A DNA stretch of 63,227 nt, filler included, from Choristocarpus tenellus KU-1152 (taxonomy: Eukaryota; Protista; Phaeophyceae): assembly GCA_964200185.2 (NCBI GenBank). It is 13 parts of 13 records of this genome, joined end to end, with 100 filler letters (N's around TTAATTAATTAA, not from the genome) between each part and the next. Parts side by side here need not be neighbours in the genome. Positions count along the whole stretch, not along the records: positions 1 to 4,215 come from CAXNAD020015647.1; positions 4,316 to 8,909 come from CAXNAD020013867.1; positions 9,010 to 15,873 come from CAXNAD020007190.1; 10 more parts are not named here. The stretch is one strand, 5' to 3'. The translations under genes were made by a program, and so were the position numbers. Below are positions 1-12,683 of the stretch, one piece after another; position 1 is the stretch's first letter; each line of letters opens with the position of its first letter. Under the pieces are notes generated by a model. That model saw only the letters and a list, made by a program, of their open reading frames with translations, searched no databases and had not been told where the DNA came from.

Positions 1-112
1 TCAATTTTGGGTCGAGCCCATCCTCAATGAAAAGCTCCATCCTCAATTTTTGAAATCGGCTGTTAACTGGAGGAGGGAGACGGGCAAGAAGGGGCTTGTT
101 AGGTTCATGTTT

Positions 113-335
113 GGGATGTTTCCCTAGCTCCTTGCCCTGGGGTGCCGGACTAAGCTAGGTTGGAGTTACAGGAAGGCAGTCGTGCAGCATGCCTGGTAGT
201 AAAATAGCAAATAGATCAATGTGTTTCACATTTTTTACGAGAACTCTTGCTTTTTTAGGGATTTTCTGACATGTTAGCAGTTTTCATTGGTTTTTTCCTT
301 GACACAACTTCAAAATGTTTGAGGGCAAAACAATT
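113..335 (+). repeat. ~220-bp dispersed repeat (family R), copy 1
   Basis: CCCTGGGGTGCCGGACTAAGCTAGGTTGGAG...TTTTCCTTGACACAACTTCAAAATGTTTGAGGGCA aligns by eye with 26520-26750 and 55835-56205. Confidence 0.75.
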
Positions 336-826
336 AAATAATAATACACCATAATGAAGTTCGGTTTAAGAGAGGTAGAGGTACAGAAAGTGGTTCGATG
401 AACAAGAAGGTATCAACAAGATAGGAATCAATCACACTCTTCTTGCTTTTAATTGTGTGTTATTATTGACCAAGTTTTTCACGTGTTAAGGTTACTTTTT
501 GGAAGGTCAACAAAAAAAGTACTTTTGAAAAATAAAATAAAATGCAACAAGATATTTTATGTTGGGTTACTCGTACCGTGACATCACGTAATACTTTGTT
601 TCCGTGATTGTCGCGTGGAGATAGATTTGAAGGTTATGAGATTACAAATTCAAACTTGGAAGAAAGTCCTAGACTTTTCACCTCAATACAATCACCCACC
701 CTCTTCAATCACAGTACTGACTAGAGTTGTCGAGGGCTCCGACGAGATACAAGCGAGTCGTACGAGTGCAGAAAACAAATCTGAAACGTAGCGAAGCAGC
801 AAACCCGTATTGCTCTCGTGTTAGTC

Positions 827-3800
827 ATGCTCTGGGTAGACAAGCATCGGCCCACCTCCTTGGAAAAACTGGATGTACATCCTGAACTGACCACCCGTTT
901 GGCTGCCATGGTGACCGACTAATAGTTAATATAAGCCACCACAAGCTTTCCATGCTTATGTTCTACCATGAATTGCGCACTCTGTAACTCCTATATTGAT
1001 CATGTATGGACGATCCACTCGGAGATGCTATGACTTTCGTCGTGCATCCTTTGCAAGAACTGCGCCCGACGACCGTTTGCTGGTATCACCTTGACTTTCC
1101 TCACAATTCGCTTCCCTTCCTTCCTCGCTATGAATGGTAGAGCTTGGTAACGCTCTGAATCCCCTTAGAACCCACTCACAAAACAACCGACGCTGTTATC
1201 CCACATTAGGTTTGTTTTGCATCAACCCGATGTTCCTCTTCACCAGAAAGTCCTCAAGGACCTCTCCCTATTGTTCTTACCCATTAAGTAACTCCTTAGA
1301 TTCGTTGGATATTTTTTTGATCCGCTCCCACTCTGCACTGTCCAGTCCGAGGATGGGGAGATCCCTCACCTTCTCTTCTACGGTCCAGCTGGTTCGGGCA
1401 AGAAGACACGCGTGCTGGCCCTCCTAAAGCGAATCTATGGACCGGGTGCGGAACGGGTTAGGCTTGAGCACCGTACCTTCAAAACCCCCTCTGGGAGGGC
1501 TGTAGAACTCACAACTGTGGCCTCGAATTACCACATTGAGATGTCCCCAGGAGATGCAGGGATTTATGATCGATACATTGTGCAGGCAAGTGAGAAAGGG
1601 AGAAGAGAGACTATGGGAAAGGGGGAGTTTTTGCATCAAATCGACATTCAGTTGCATTGCCTCACCAGGCATATGTGTCCTTATTGATAAGAAGAATCAG
1701 AGACTGAGGCACGATTGAAGCAGGTGACTCTGGGTGTGATGGGGCAGAGAAAGCTCAGTGGATTTAGTTGTGTGTATCCTTAAAGGAAAGGGTAGTGGGG
1801 GGAAGGAGAGGAAGGGGGTCATTGAATATGGGAGCGTGCTTGAATGTTTACCCGTCGTGCCACTTAGAAGAGAGCTTTGACAATTGTACTGCTCAGTGGA
1901 GTCACTGGGCAATCATATAGTGTTTGTGCCCTGTCTCTTGACCAGGATTCGCTTGCGGTTCTTGTTTATTGTTTTTCTCTGCAGCTGCTCAAGCATCGTA
2001 CTAGGTGTTGCAAACCACATCAGTTACATTAAATCAATCCATTCAATCAAGGAATGGTAATCAAGATGTGATGGAAACTTTGCAGTTATTCAATTATTTT
2101 CTTGTATGCATGTGAGCCATGCGAATCACCTTCAACATCCTCACCGTGTTACTTCCTCACAGCAGTTGGCGTTTTCTCAGGGCCGTGTTGCGGTGCTCAG
2201 TGCTGGGCACATGCCTTGACGCAATGGACTTGCGCAGGAGGTCGCTACAGTTCCAGCTCCCCAACCCCCCTTGTTTATTCCTTTTTCATGATCTCTGTTG
2301 TGCTCTGATTGAAAAGTCGTGGCCTTGTCATATATGTCACGGACTTGATTTTGTGGATAAGACAGTCTCAAATTAGCTGATACTCTGAGCAAATGGTGAT
2401 TGTTCCAAAATAGAAATACAGGAAAAAAATGAGGAAAGGGCAAAACACACCACACGCCAAGGTCTACTTTGCCCGAATTGCGTGGAAATGTAGTTGAGGG
2501 TTTCTCACTTGAGGGTTTCTCACCCCGATATTGACACTTGGCGGCAGGAAATATTTGCCTCTTCAGGGGTGCAATCCATCTTGTCTAATGGGACTGTCTA
2601 TCTGGGGATCCAGTGTTCTCTGTACCGATGGATGCAACTTGCACCTTACACCTGAGGTCAAATTCTTTTCAGAAAAAATCAATTTTGTCATGGGTGTTTT
2701 TCCATGGGTGTGATCTTCTCCCGTTACAAAAAAAAAAACACCCGGGCAATCCCTAGCATCTCTTTCGCCATAAGCATCAGGACTTGAACCTCCTACTTGA
2801 TTCCCTTCCTTTCCCCCCCTTACAAACATATGGCACCCACTTGTGTCCACATTATTCTCCAGGATGTGATCAAAGAGATAGCCCAGAACCGATCCCTTTC
2901 GGCATCAGCAATTGGTGGGGCAGGGGGGGATGATAAGAAGACCCCAAAAGCTGGACACAAAGGTGGGCAGCAGAGCTCGCCTTATTTGCATTACCTCCTG
3001 AGTGCCTCATAAGATTTTTCATTCAGTACCCGACTGAAATGGCAAGGGATAACTTGGGGGTACTCACTGCCCATTTTTTATTGCATGGATGACAACGTTG
3101 GCATTGGATAGGGAGGATAGAAACTACTTTTTTGGAAAATATGGAGGGCAGAGAACAGAAGAGGCTCTAACTCCCCTTATCCCCACTGCCATACCATTGC
3201 GTGTGCCTAGTCTCTCGCCTCCCTTTCATTGTGAGAAACTGTGTATTGTGACAGATTTCTTTTGTCAGGTTGTCCCCCTTTTGCTTGCAATGCCAGACAC
3301 GTTGCAGCCTCGTCCAGAGTATTTCCTGTGCCTTATCCCCCATTAAATATCACCTTGACCCTTCCTGTTCCTCCCTGCCTCTTAATCCTGTCCTCTGTCT
3401 TCTGGACTCTATCACTCTCCTTTGAAAAAATATTTTCTGATTCAACAGTGGTTGTCCTCACTGGTGTGGATCGACTCACCAAGCAAGCACAGGCTGGCCT
3501 CCGTCGAACAATGGAGAAGTAAGATCCCCCCCCCCTCTTCCCCTCTCCTGATCCTTGTGCTATTGCTAGGTTCTCCATACTTCGAATGAAGTATTTTTAA
3601 TCACTGCTCTGGTTACTTCTTTTTTTTCACAAAGTTTTGATTTTTTCTCTTTGAGCTCAACAAAAGAATAACCCTAACCCTATTTTTTCAATAGGAAGAA
3701 TCTTTGGTTAAAGTAAAGGGAATTTGACAAGATTCCAACTGACCGCTCACTTCCTCTTCCATACACTTGCCCCCCTTCCACCGCCCCCCCCTTCTGTTGC

Positions 3801-3949
3801 TGATGGGCACCATTTCCACACCTTCACACTTGAAAAGGTATACTTCGTCGTGTCGCCTCATTCTGTGTTGCCACAGCCCTAGCAAAGTGGTAGAGCCAGT
3901 GCGATCACGCTGCCTTGGTGTTCGAGTTCCAGCCCCTGGCGAGACAGAG
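827..3949 (+). CDS. RFC3: Replication factor C subunit 3 (yeast Rfc5-type clamp-loader subunit), 5 exons, 3' end cut by contig end
   Basis: Phase-consistent exons 827-910 (MLWVDKHRPTSLEKL), 1346-1585 (PHLLFYGPAGSGKKT Walker A; SNYHIEMSPGDAGIYDRYIVQ), 2863-2962 (DVIKEIAQ), 3449-3518 (VVLTGVDRLTKQAQAGLRRTMEK) and 3838-3949 (CRLILCCHSPSKVVEPVRSRCLGVRVPAP, SRC motif). Confidence 0.95.
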
Positions 3950-4215
3950 GTGGGTGGGTTTTGTTGGGTATGATCAGGCATGTACCTTAGATTAGAGGTT
4001 ATCATGGTGATGACATATCCTTGAAGAGCTCTTCTTTTGGATCTTGTGCCATTCAGGATTATCCCCCCATTGTGAACAGCACAATGCTCCTAATAATATA
4101 GTCTTACATGGTTTCCTTGAGCGTAGGGGGGGGGGTAGGGTAGTGCGCGGACCTTACTTGCTTACAGGCACTCTTTATCAGCCATGTACCCCCCCCTACA
4201 ATCCTTTACCTATCA

Positions 4216-4315
4216 NNNNNNNNNNNNNNNNNNNNNNNNNNNNNNNNNNNNNNNNNNNNTTAATTAATTAANNNNNNNNNNNNNNNNNNNNNNNNNNNNN
4301 NNNNNNNNNNNNNNN
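4216..4315. other. Artificial contig-joining linker (44 N + TTAATTAATTAA + 44 N); first of 12
   Basis: Identical 100-bp block with stops in all six frames also at 8910-9009, 15874-15973, 25041-25140, 27779-27878, 31490-31589, 35525-35624, 40625-40724, 45888-45987, 49992-50091, 57179-57278 and 60220-60319. Confidence 0.98.
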
Positions 4316-7300
4316 GCCGTTCCCAACAAGTTTCTCACAAGTCCAAACTATACCCACCACAGGTTCCCAGCTAACGTCTTTAACTCGCTTCTGTTTCCCA
4401 CGTCGCCCGGATCTATCACCAGCGTGCACCCAGCCTTCTACAAAACTATTTTTGCCATATTTCTCAAGGGTCATTAGCGCGGCGTTGTCACGTGTGTGAT
4501 CACTGGTCGACCGAAGCCAAAAAAATATTCACCCCACGCTCCCCGTCCTCGCTGACGCGCTCCGCTAGGATCTTGCCGACCAAGAGCTGTGCCTTCCGTT
4601 GCCATAAAAAAGGCAAACCTGCCTTCCTGCCCTGAGATTAGGTTTCCATGGTTCCCCGATGTCAACGTAGTACGAAGCCAACCCCGTCGACGGGAGCCAT
4701 GTTCTTCCTTGTCACTGTCCGATGAGGAAGAGTGTGTTTCCTCGAGCCCGCCGAGATCATTGTAACCGTTGACGAGATTATCTCCCCCACCCGAACGTTC
4801 GCTGTGGTCACTGTCTTCGACGTCGCCGGTGATAGTTCCAGCACCATCATCATCGGTTGGAAGCTAATGGACTGGGAGGTCGAAATCTCGTTTCTCTGTC
4901 TTTTGGAGAAGTCGCACAGACTCGCTTTGCTTGTGTTTCGCTCTCTGAACGGCTTCATCGTCTGCGAAGGTGGAATCCGTGAGCACGAGGACATCAACGG
5001 TATGGATGCATGAATGCTACCTTGTTACGAGGCGAGAGGTTTCACGAATGCGCTCGGGGAGCATGCGGTGAGAGGGAGGGTGTATATTTCGTCGGATTCG
5101 TGTCTGTTGAGTACAAGACCGGTACCCTCAAAACGTTTATGGGGAGTAATCTATGGCAACTATTATTGTAACATGCGACGATCACTACACATGAGAATAT
5201 AATATTTTTCAAGATTTTTTTCTAAAGGCTGTAAAGGCTGCCTCGTACAAACGTTGCACCTGATTTTTTTGGCTGCCACCGAATACCAAAATTAGCTATC
5301 AACTCCCCTCACGAAAAAATCGACTTACCCAGTGGGTACGCAGCAGGGAGGCGCTCGTGCGACGCCTGGTACCGCTGCTCCACCTTCAGGATGACGTCTT
5401 TGGGAACGCTCTTGAGCTGGTAGGGTGGTGCATCTTGGATATGAGGCGGGTGGCCGATGAAGAGGTCGTGTGGAGGGGCGTTGGGATCCATAGCAAGGTC
5501 TCCGCCTATCCCACTCCATTCTGTGCCGTGCATATATCGCTTTACGCTAACCTTCAACGCGAAAAGTCCTGTAGCTCGTGATGTTGGGGACACGGTTGAC
5601 TCGACCGCGAAGGAGTCCCTTAAAGTTGCCCTTGTTCCGCAGGGTCTTGTAGTATACTGGAACCTCTGTGTAGGAGGCCTGCAGCTCTTCACCCAGCTGT
5701 GTTCTTGTGAATATGTTTTTGCCTTTTATTCCACGTGAGAACCTGGAGGTGAAATGCAAGCAACATAATTTCGAGGCGGGGGCGAAAGAAGCGAAGTGGA
5801 TAAGCAGGATATATATGCAGGCACATGCTCTGATGCATGTATATGGAAAAATGAATATAAAATTGGGTGATGCGTACATTTTTTTTCATTGTTTTGTTTC
5901 GAGAGTATGTTACGAAACAGTTTTGGCAGCTGTTCTTATCGTTCAATTTTGTTGTGGGCAAATCAAAAGCCAATCAATCAATTACAGCATACGGTCATAA
6001 ACCTTCCAGGAATGCAACAAGCGTGAGTTGCAAGCCTCGAGGCTGTATCTCTCCATATTTAAACACTATGTGGCCATCGAACTTGCATATCTTGCCTAAT
6101 TACCTGGAGAAGATCTGATCGATTTTGATGTGTATGTGCCCCACCATCATAAAATGTATCTCGACCACACAAATGACACTCGCCGCAACCAACAGCCCCG
6201 CGTATCCGAGAAAGAAATTGTTCTTGTTCTCTGAGACGCAGTTGTCGACCTGGCCAGTTTGGGGAGTTGGGAGCGAGGGAGGGATGGGCGTGAGGCCAAT
6301 ATGTCAGCCCATTTCGCCGCGTTTCGTGGAGGAACAGGGTAGGTTTCCAGTATTGCTAGAGCGCAATCTCTACATCACCGCCATAATACATGCAGGTTGC
6401 AACACACAAACCAAAACTAAAGACCGTGCAGTTAGTTACTTGGTGACTGGTATTCAGCGAGTATGTGTTGAGTAGGTCGTGTCAGGATGAAACCTTCTTA
6501 CCTGCCAATGCACGTGCTGGATGATGCAATTCCCCGAGTCATCGAGGCTGTTGCGGTACTTGTCGATAAGCCTTGTGAGGGCAAGGTGGGTGGCTGTGCA
6601 GACAAGGTTACAACCTGCGCGAACAATGATGTTCAACAACTGTTGGCAAAAAGTACTCTGCTCATTTACGCATTGTTTATTTGGAGCTAAAAAGAGGGAT
6701 CATGTAATTTGTTTATGCAATGTAGAGCACATACACCCATACGCGCGATGTACACGTCTGCGATTTCCACTACCCGTTGATTAGCTCTTACGCTACTCTA
6801 CAGTACGTACCTCCTCCAAGATTGATAGGAGTGAAGAACACCTCTGCGAACTGGCCTTCAACGTGTGCGGCCATGATCTTCTGGCGTTCGAAGTAGCCCC
6901 TGATAAGGGGGACATTAACGAAAGGAACATGAAAAGAAAGGTCATCATGATGAACGGAATAGGTAGTGGAAATATGTGCGTTTGTTTTGGCGATTATTTC
7001 TTGGGACTTTGCACTCATCCGTAGGATAAAACATGGTCGTCTATTCTGTTCCGGGTGCGGCTGCAAAGTTCTTGTCGGATGGACTGTGCGTGCGTGTGGT
7101 TACCTGTCACCACCGTGGGTAGGTGGGTAAAGTGCTGGGAGGGCGTGTGCTATCTGGTTCGCGGCATCTACGGACATGAACACGGAGCCGAGAGGTTTGC
7201 CGTCGGCTTTGGCCCGCATGGCGTTGCTGGTGCTGTTGGCGATGACCAGTCGATCCGCTTTGATAATCTGGCGAATGAGGGAGAGCAACATCACGTGAAT

Positions 7301-8762
7301 TATTCAAATAAATCTGCTCAGAGTTAAAAAAAAAATGCCGCTTGTTAACACGTATCAGGTTGGTTAGTAACAAAAATGTAGTCTGGGTATCATTAGATGT
7401 TAGTATTGGGATATATGTTTTATATTGCTGCATTCAAAACAAACACCAAGTTATCGGGATGGTAGGAAGTACGTACGTACCGGGCCGGAAGACCGCTACG
7501 CTACATGACCTGTCTCTCCCACAGCCCGTTGTACACTACCAGGAAGCAGTCTGTCTTACAAGGTGTTTGGGCAGCTAATAACAGCAAGTTTTGCGATGAG
7601 TGAGGCTACTGCTGCTGCCATAAACACCTACGTGGGAGTCTTCATTCACAAAAGGACATGGATTTACTTCGAAACGGAGGGCAATGACGGTGATATGTTG
7701 TCACTGTAACCTTGTTGCAAAATTAACGCTGGACACCTACCTGTCGATGGTCTGACAGCTCCTTATCGATGGACTCGAGGATGGTGGAGTCGTTGGTGGG
7801 TTTTACACCAGGCGCACAGTGCCGCTTCTCTTTTAACATAGCACATAAGTCACATTTCATAAACTCGCCTCCTACTCTCACACGGATGTTGGGCCTCTCT
7901 TCTCTGAGCAATCGTATGAAGTACTTCTTGCTCACCCGCTTGGAAGGGTCGTCAGGATACACCCGTATTGCCTCTTTGCAAAAATCCTTGTATAGCTCCT
8001 AATTAAGAATGTTGGTTGTTTGGGCAAGTGAGGAGTTATTGAAAAGGAACACTCAAAGAACACCCCTGCAACATCTCTCGAAGGCGGACTGACCAATAAC
8101 TTTACTGAGAATGCGGAAGACAGGACCAAGCAAGCCTATATCATGCGTTACAAAAGAGCAAATACAATTATCTGATTAAATCTGCCATGAGCGTCGTTCG
8201 GTTCGGGCCTCGCTGCCGTTTGCAGAGGCGACAAAGGAGGCGAATCTACCATCATCATCATCATCGCAAAGCGCTTTGGACATACGAAGTACACACTTTT
8301 CCTACCAATTTCAGACCGGGCCCGGGGCTGCAGAGTATGTGTGCTCGGCGTTGAAATAACATTTATTGTGTCTTCCTAGGTAAAATCTACAACGAGTATC
8401 ATAATGAATATTGATATATCGACATAGCAAACGAAAAAGATAGCACTTTGTATGAATCTTGACATGTTCTTTTAACCATAATATCAAACCGGTCAAGGTA
8501 ATGAACATCCACCACTCAATATACTACTTAGATCCACCATTTCTACGTACTGCTGGGTCACACGGTTTGCATCTAACTTCAACACAGGGTGCAGCCAACC
8601 TCTCCACAACCAAGGGCAAAACCGACCTGTTTGTTCACGGCGTAGATCACAATTTTTGACTTGTGAGGTATGAACTGCCCGTATTTATCAGCCCAGTAGT
8701 CTATCCAGGACATCACCAGGTCTCGCTTCGGTTCCATGTCCTTATCTTTGTTCGTGCCCTTC
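4316..8762 (-). mobile_element. Intron-containing DUF7869/Sola-like DDD transposase gene, decaying (probable pseudogene)
   Basis: Phase-consistent GT-AG exons 8762-8627, 7998-7741 (FMKCDLCAML, CxxC), 7267-7104 (FMSVDAANQ), 6899-6811, 6614-6502 (HVHWQ), 6249-6104 (VDNCVSENKNNFFLGY...FMMVGHIHIKIDQIFS) and 5742-5329 (frameshift near 5550). Frameshifted and stop-containing coding-like sequence continues from ~5010 to 4316. Confidence 0.8.
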
Positions 8763-9009
8763 CTGTTGTAGTAGCGCACGTATGTGTATGAATGGATGGG
8801 ATATGTGTTGGAGGTGGATACAAGGGACGGGGGATGGAATCCTAGAGGTATCGTATGCCAGCAGCGGATCATATACTCTGTAGATATTTACGCATGGTAC
8901 ATGATGCAGNNNNNNNNNNNNNNNNNNNNNNNNNNNNNNNNNNNNNNNNNNNNTTAATTAATTAANNNNNNNNNNNNNNNNNNNNNNNNNNNNNNNNNNN
9001 NNNNNNNNN

Positions 9010-9718
9010 GCTCTTCCCCGACCCACATATCTCTTGGCAGGGGGTGTGGTTCTTCTGGGAGGGGTGTCGGGGCCACGTGGAATGCTCCTAGCTATGCACC
9101 AGATCACTCATCTGGTTCCAGGTTGCCTCGTGATTCCACTGCTATCAGGACATTGCACAAGTCTTCGCCTGGTGCTGTGACCCACCAGGTGTGGGAAGCT
9201 AGGAGAGGTAATGAGGAGGAGGACATGTTTGGGCTTGGGAGTGCGTATGTTGGTGGCAACCGCGATCGCCCCACTATGCTCCGGCAACATCAGAGGCTGG
9301 TCCAGGGCGGTGGAGATATTGAGGGGAGGGTGCATCACCACCACTACCATGGCCACAACCGCAGTAGCCCCCGGGGCTGGGGTGGAGAACAGGCTCGCAT
9401 GCCCAGTCCCTCCCCGCCCCTGCAACAGCACCAGCAGCACCAGCAACAGCATGAGCAGACCAGGTGCTTGACATACCAACGCTACAACAGCTTTGAGAGT
9501 GAGGGCAGTGGTGTGTATTCGCCAACACATCAGGAGCAGCATCAGCAGTGTTGCCGCTCACTGAGCCCGGAGGGTGGGTACCACTCACACCCTCGCCATC
9601 ACTGTCACCGCCAGTCAGATCTTTGTGTCCCTTCCTCTGTGCAGGCCCCTCCATCACTCTCGAGGGATCACCGCCACCATGCACACAACAGCTCTACCTC
9701 TAAGTTGTTCCAACAGAG

Positions 9719-9751
<33 letters not shown>

Positions 9752-10534
9752 GCCAGGCTCCCAGTCCTCACTATCATCAGGCACTTGTGGAGGGAATGGG
9801 GTCAGTGTCGCGATGAGCAAGGGCTTCAACTCCAATTCGAACTTGTCATCTTCTTCTTCTTCTTCTTCCTCGCTTCTGCTGAAGCATCAGCAACTCCAGC
9901 AGGAACATCAGCAGTTGCAATTGGAAAAACAGCACCAGCATGAGTATGCCACACGCCGTTACCAGGCAGGGCTGGGGCTGCTACTTCCCACCCAGACAGG
10001 GCTGCAAGGTCCTCAAGTTGAAGGAGGAACGGCATTAACTGCGCCCACCACCCCAGGTGGGGAGCCTCCACCACGTGCCGCCCCCACGTTTGGAGGTGCT
10101 GCCAGCGCTTCTCGGGGTGAGCATTGCGTGGACTATTGTGGCCCTGTTATGCCCATGTCTGAGACAACTGGCAGAACCTTCAACGTGGGGAGCATGGCAC
10201 TTGCCCGCTATGGAAGTGCTGCCCCTTCCTCCTGTGGAGGAGGGGGGGGCTCTAACATGATGAGCAGTGTCGTCAGCCAGAAGGCTGTTGGATCCCAGCG
10301 CGAGGAAGGTGAGAGCCGTCTTGATGGCCCTTCCTACTTGAGCTTTGGTGACGGTTTTGGTGAGAGCAGCAACAGTGGTTTGTCTTCATCTCTTTTCTCC
10401 TCGAGTGGGTCATTCTCGATGGAAAGCGGTGGCAACAGTGGAGGTGGCGACAACTGGACGGTCTCTCCTGCTTTATTGAAGTTTAGATGCTCAAGGGACA
10501 GGTCAACCCGGACTCCCCCTGGTGTTCCCAGTAA
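9010..10534 (+). CDS. Large low-complexity exon (His-, polyGln-, polySer-, Gly-rich) of an unknown protein; 5' end missing
   Basis: 504-aa ORF 9123-10637 with a canonical donor AAG|GTAAGA at 10534/10535. A possible last exon at 10886-10942 reads ACPLLWEPTMPSALLQAI*. No recognisable domain. Confidence 0.6.
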
Positions 10535-11540
10535 GGTAAGAATGTTTTGTGCACTTTTGATTGTAGGGTGGGTAAGTGCGGAGCCGTTAAGTTCTCCTGG
10601 AAAACTGAACTGTTTTCGTTTCAAGTGTTCCTGTTAAATTGTCACTGTGTAGATCAATAGTAGGGTGTGTGTGTATGTATCATTACGGCTTCCAAGAAGG
10701 AAAGGTTTCTGTTGCTAGAATTCACTACATGGCCGTCTCTTTGCTTAGTTGACCTCCACCTTGACCGTTTTTTGGAATATTTTTTATTTTAGACTTCTTG
10801 GTCTTCCACCTCTTCTCGATCGTTATCTCTTCTTTTTTTATTGCCTCTTATCTTCTCCCACTTTCACTCCAACCTTTTCTTCCAGGCTTGCCCTCTGCTG
10901 TGGGAACCAACCATGCCCTCTGCGTTACTGCAGGCTATCTAACGTTGAACTATCACAAAAGGCATTTGTTTGCTGAATACGAGAGGAGGCTTCTTATTTT
11001 TAGCCCAGGCTCCAAGTAAGCACTTGGAGTATCAGACTGTGCTTTCACAAAAGGAGGCGTTCTCTTGTTCCAGCAATAAAATATATTTGGCACCATCTTG
11101 CTAACCAGTAAGAGCAGGAAGAGTTGGTGAGATAAAACAGGCTTGCCATAATCACATCATACGGTCTCTGTAAGGGGGGAGGAGATTAACGTGTAGGTGG
11201 GCACAGAAGGTAATCAAGGTTATAACATACACATGAGCATCATAGGTTACACACAAAATTCGGGATGGGAGGAGAGGGGATAGGATAAGGACAGATATCT
11301 ACTCTCCTGTCCTCTTTGCCCACCCACACACATATTCTCACTTTGATGGCATTGGGGGTGGGAGGCACCACAAGGGTGGAGGTCAGGAAATTGGCCTGAT
11401 TTTGTGGATATATTACTTGTACAGCTGTGATGAGGTGACACATAAGGAAGGGAGGGAGGAAGGGAGGGGGNNNNNNNNNNGAGTGGTGAGTGAGTGGGAA
11501 ATTGTACAGGGGAGGGGGGGGGAGGGGGGGGAGGAAGGGG

Positions 11541-11576
<36 letters not shown>

Positions 11577-11866
11577 CCGGTACATCTGAGTCACATTCAC
11601 TCACTCAGCACAACGGAGGGAGGCTGCCAGGGGCCACAAGGTTGGCAAGTTTGGTGTATTGGTATATGCCTGAAGGGTGGACAGACTTGAGTCTAGGAAT
11701 TATGGGATGGAGGAGGGAGAGGGGTTTGTAGTTGGGGTGAAGGGGTTATTTAATATTTCCTTTTGAAAATATTTTGTGATCTTGGGTAGGTTTTATAGTA
11801 GTTTTCCTCGTTTTTTGTCTGCTGTTTGTGGTTGGAGACATACCGAAGGAAAATTAGAATGGGAGT

Positions 11867-11905
<39 letters not shown>

Positions 11906-12652
11906 GGGGGGGGGGGGTTTGGGGTTTTGGGGTTGTTCTTTTTTATTTTTTTATAGAGCGGGAGGGGAGACGNNNNNNNNNNGATGAAAGTAGATGGAGG
12001 GTGGGGGTGGTGGGGGGGGGGGTTTGGGGGGGTTGGAGGATGAGATAACTGCTGTTTTGTGATGTTTGACAAAACACACCTTGAGCTACTGTTTTTTAAA
12101 CAGGTAGAAGTGGTTTTGTGTGTCATGTCAGGATTGTGTATTCTCTAGCAGATATTGAGGGACTAGTGAAATTTTTTCGAATGATTAGTTGACCACCTGA
12201 TGATGGTTTGATGTGAGAAGCTCTTCGCTAATCATGTCAGGCTTGTAGATGAAACCCCATGAGGTTTAGTCTCAAGAGGCTGGAGTGGTGTATAGTTAAG
12301 GGTTGTATTGGGAATGCACTAGGTGGGGGGTGATTATCCAAAGCATGTATGTAGGAAGCCATCGTGCAATAAAGAAACATGCAACAATAAGTTGAAAGTC
12401 ATCATTCCCAATCGCGTCTTTTTTGAATATTCCCTTAAGTTTTTTTTGTTTGATTTTGAGTTTGTTGCAAGACCCCATGACACGCATAGATTTGTTGTGT
12501 CCTTGTGTCCAGGAGAGTTTGCTAGGGTAGGAATGGGTAGAGGCAATGTTCGGACCAATCCATTGGCTGAACTTTCCAATGGACAGGGAAGAAATCTTCC
12601 CTGTGAGTGGAAAAGATTTTAATACCATGTTTTCTTTGGTTGGGAGTTCTCT

Positions 12653-12683
<31 letters not shown>

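Noticed and set aside
2495-2525. TTGAGGGTTTCTCAC tandem duplication in an RFC3 intron (a similar 19-bp doublet lies at 32545-32596)
   Set aside because: Only two units each, consistent with ordinary slippage duplication rather than an array.
4316-8909. Fanzor/TnpB-type RNA-guided nuclease associated with the transposase
   Set aside because: No RuvC motifs or TnpB-type zinc finger could be read in this contig.
12050-12630. Possible highly decayed LINE reverse-transcriptase fragment on the minus strand
   Set aside because: Only faint motif echoes are visible, not enough to call without a profile search.
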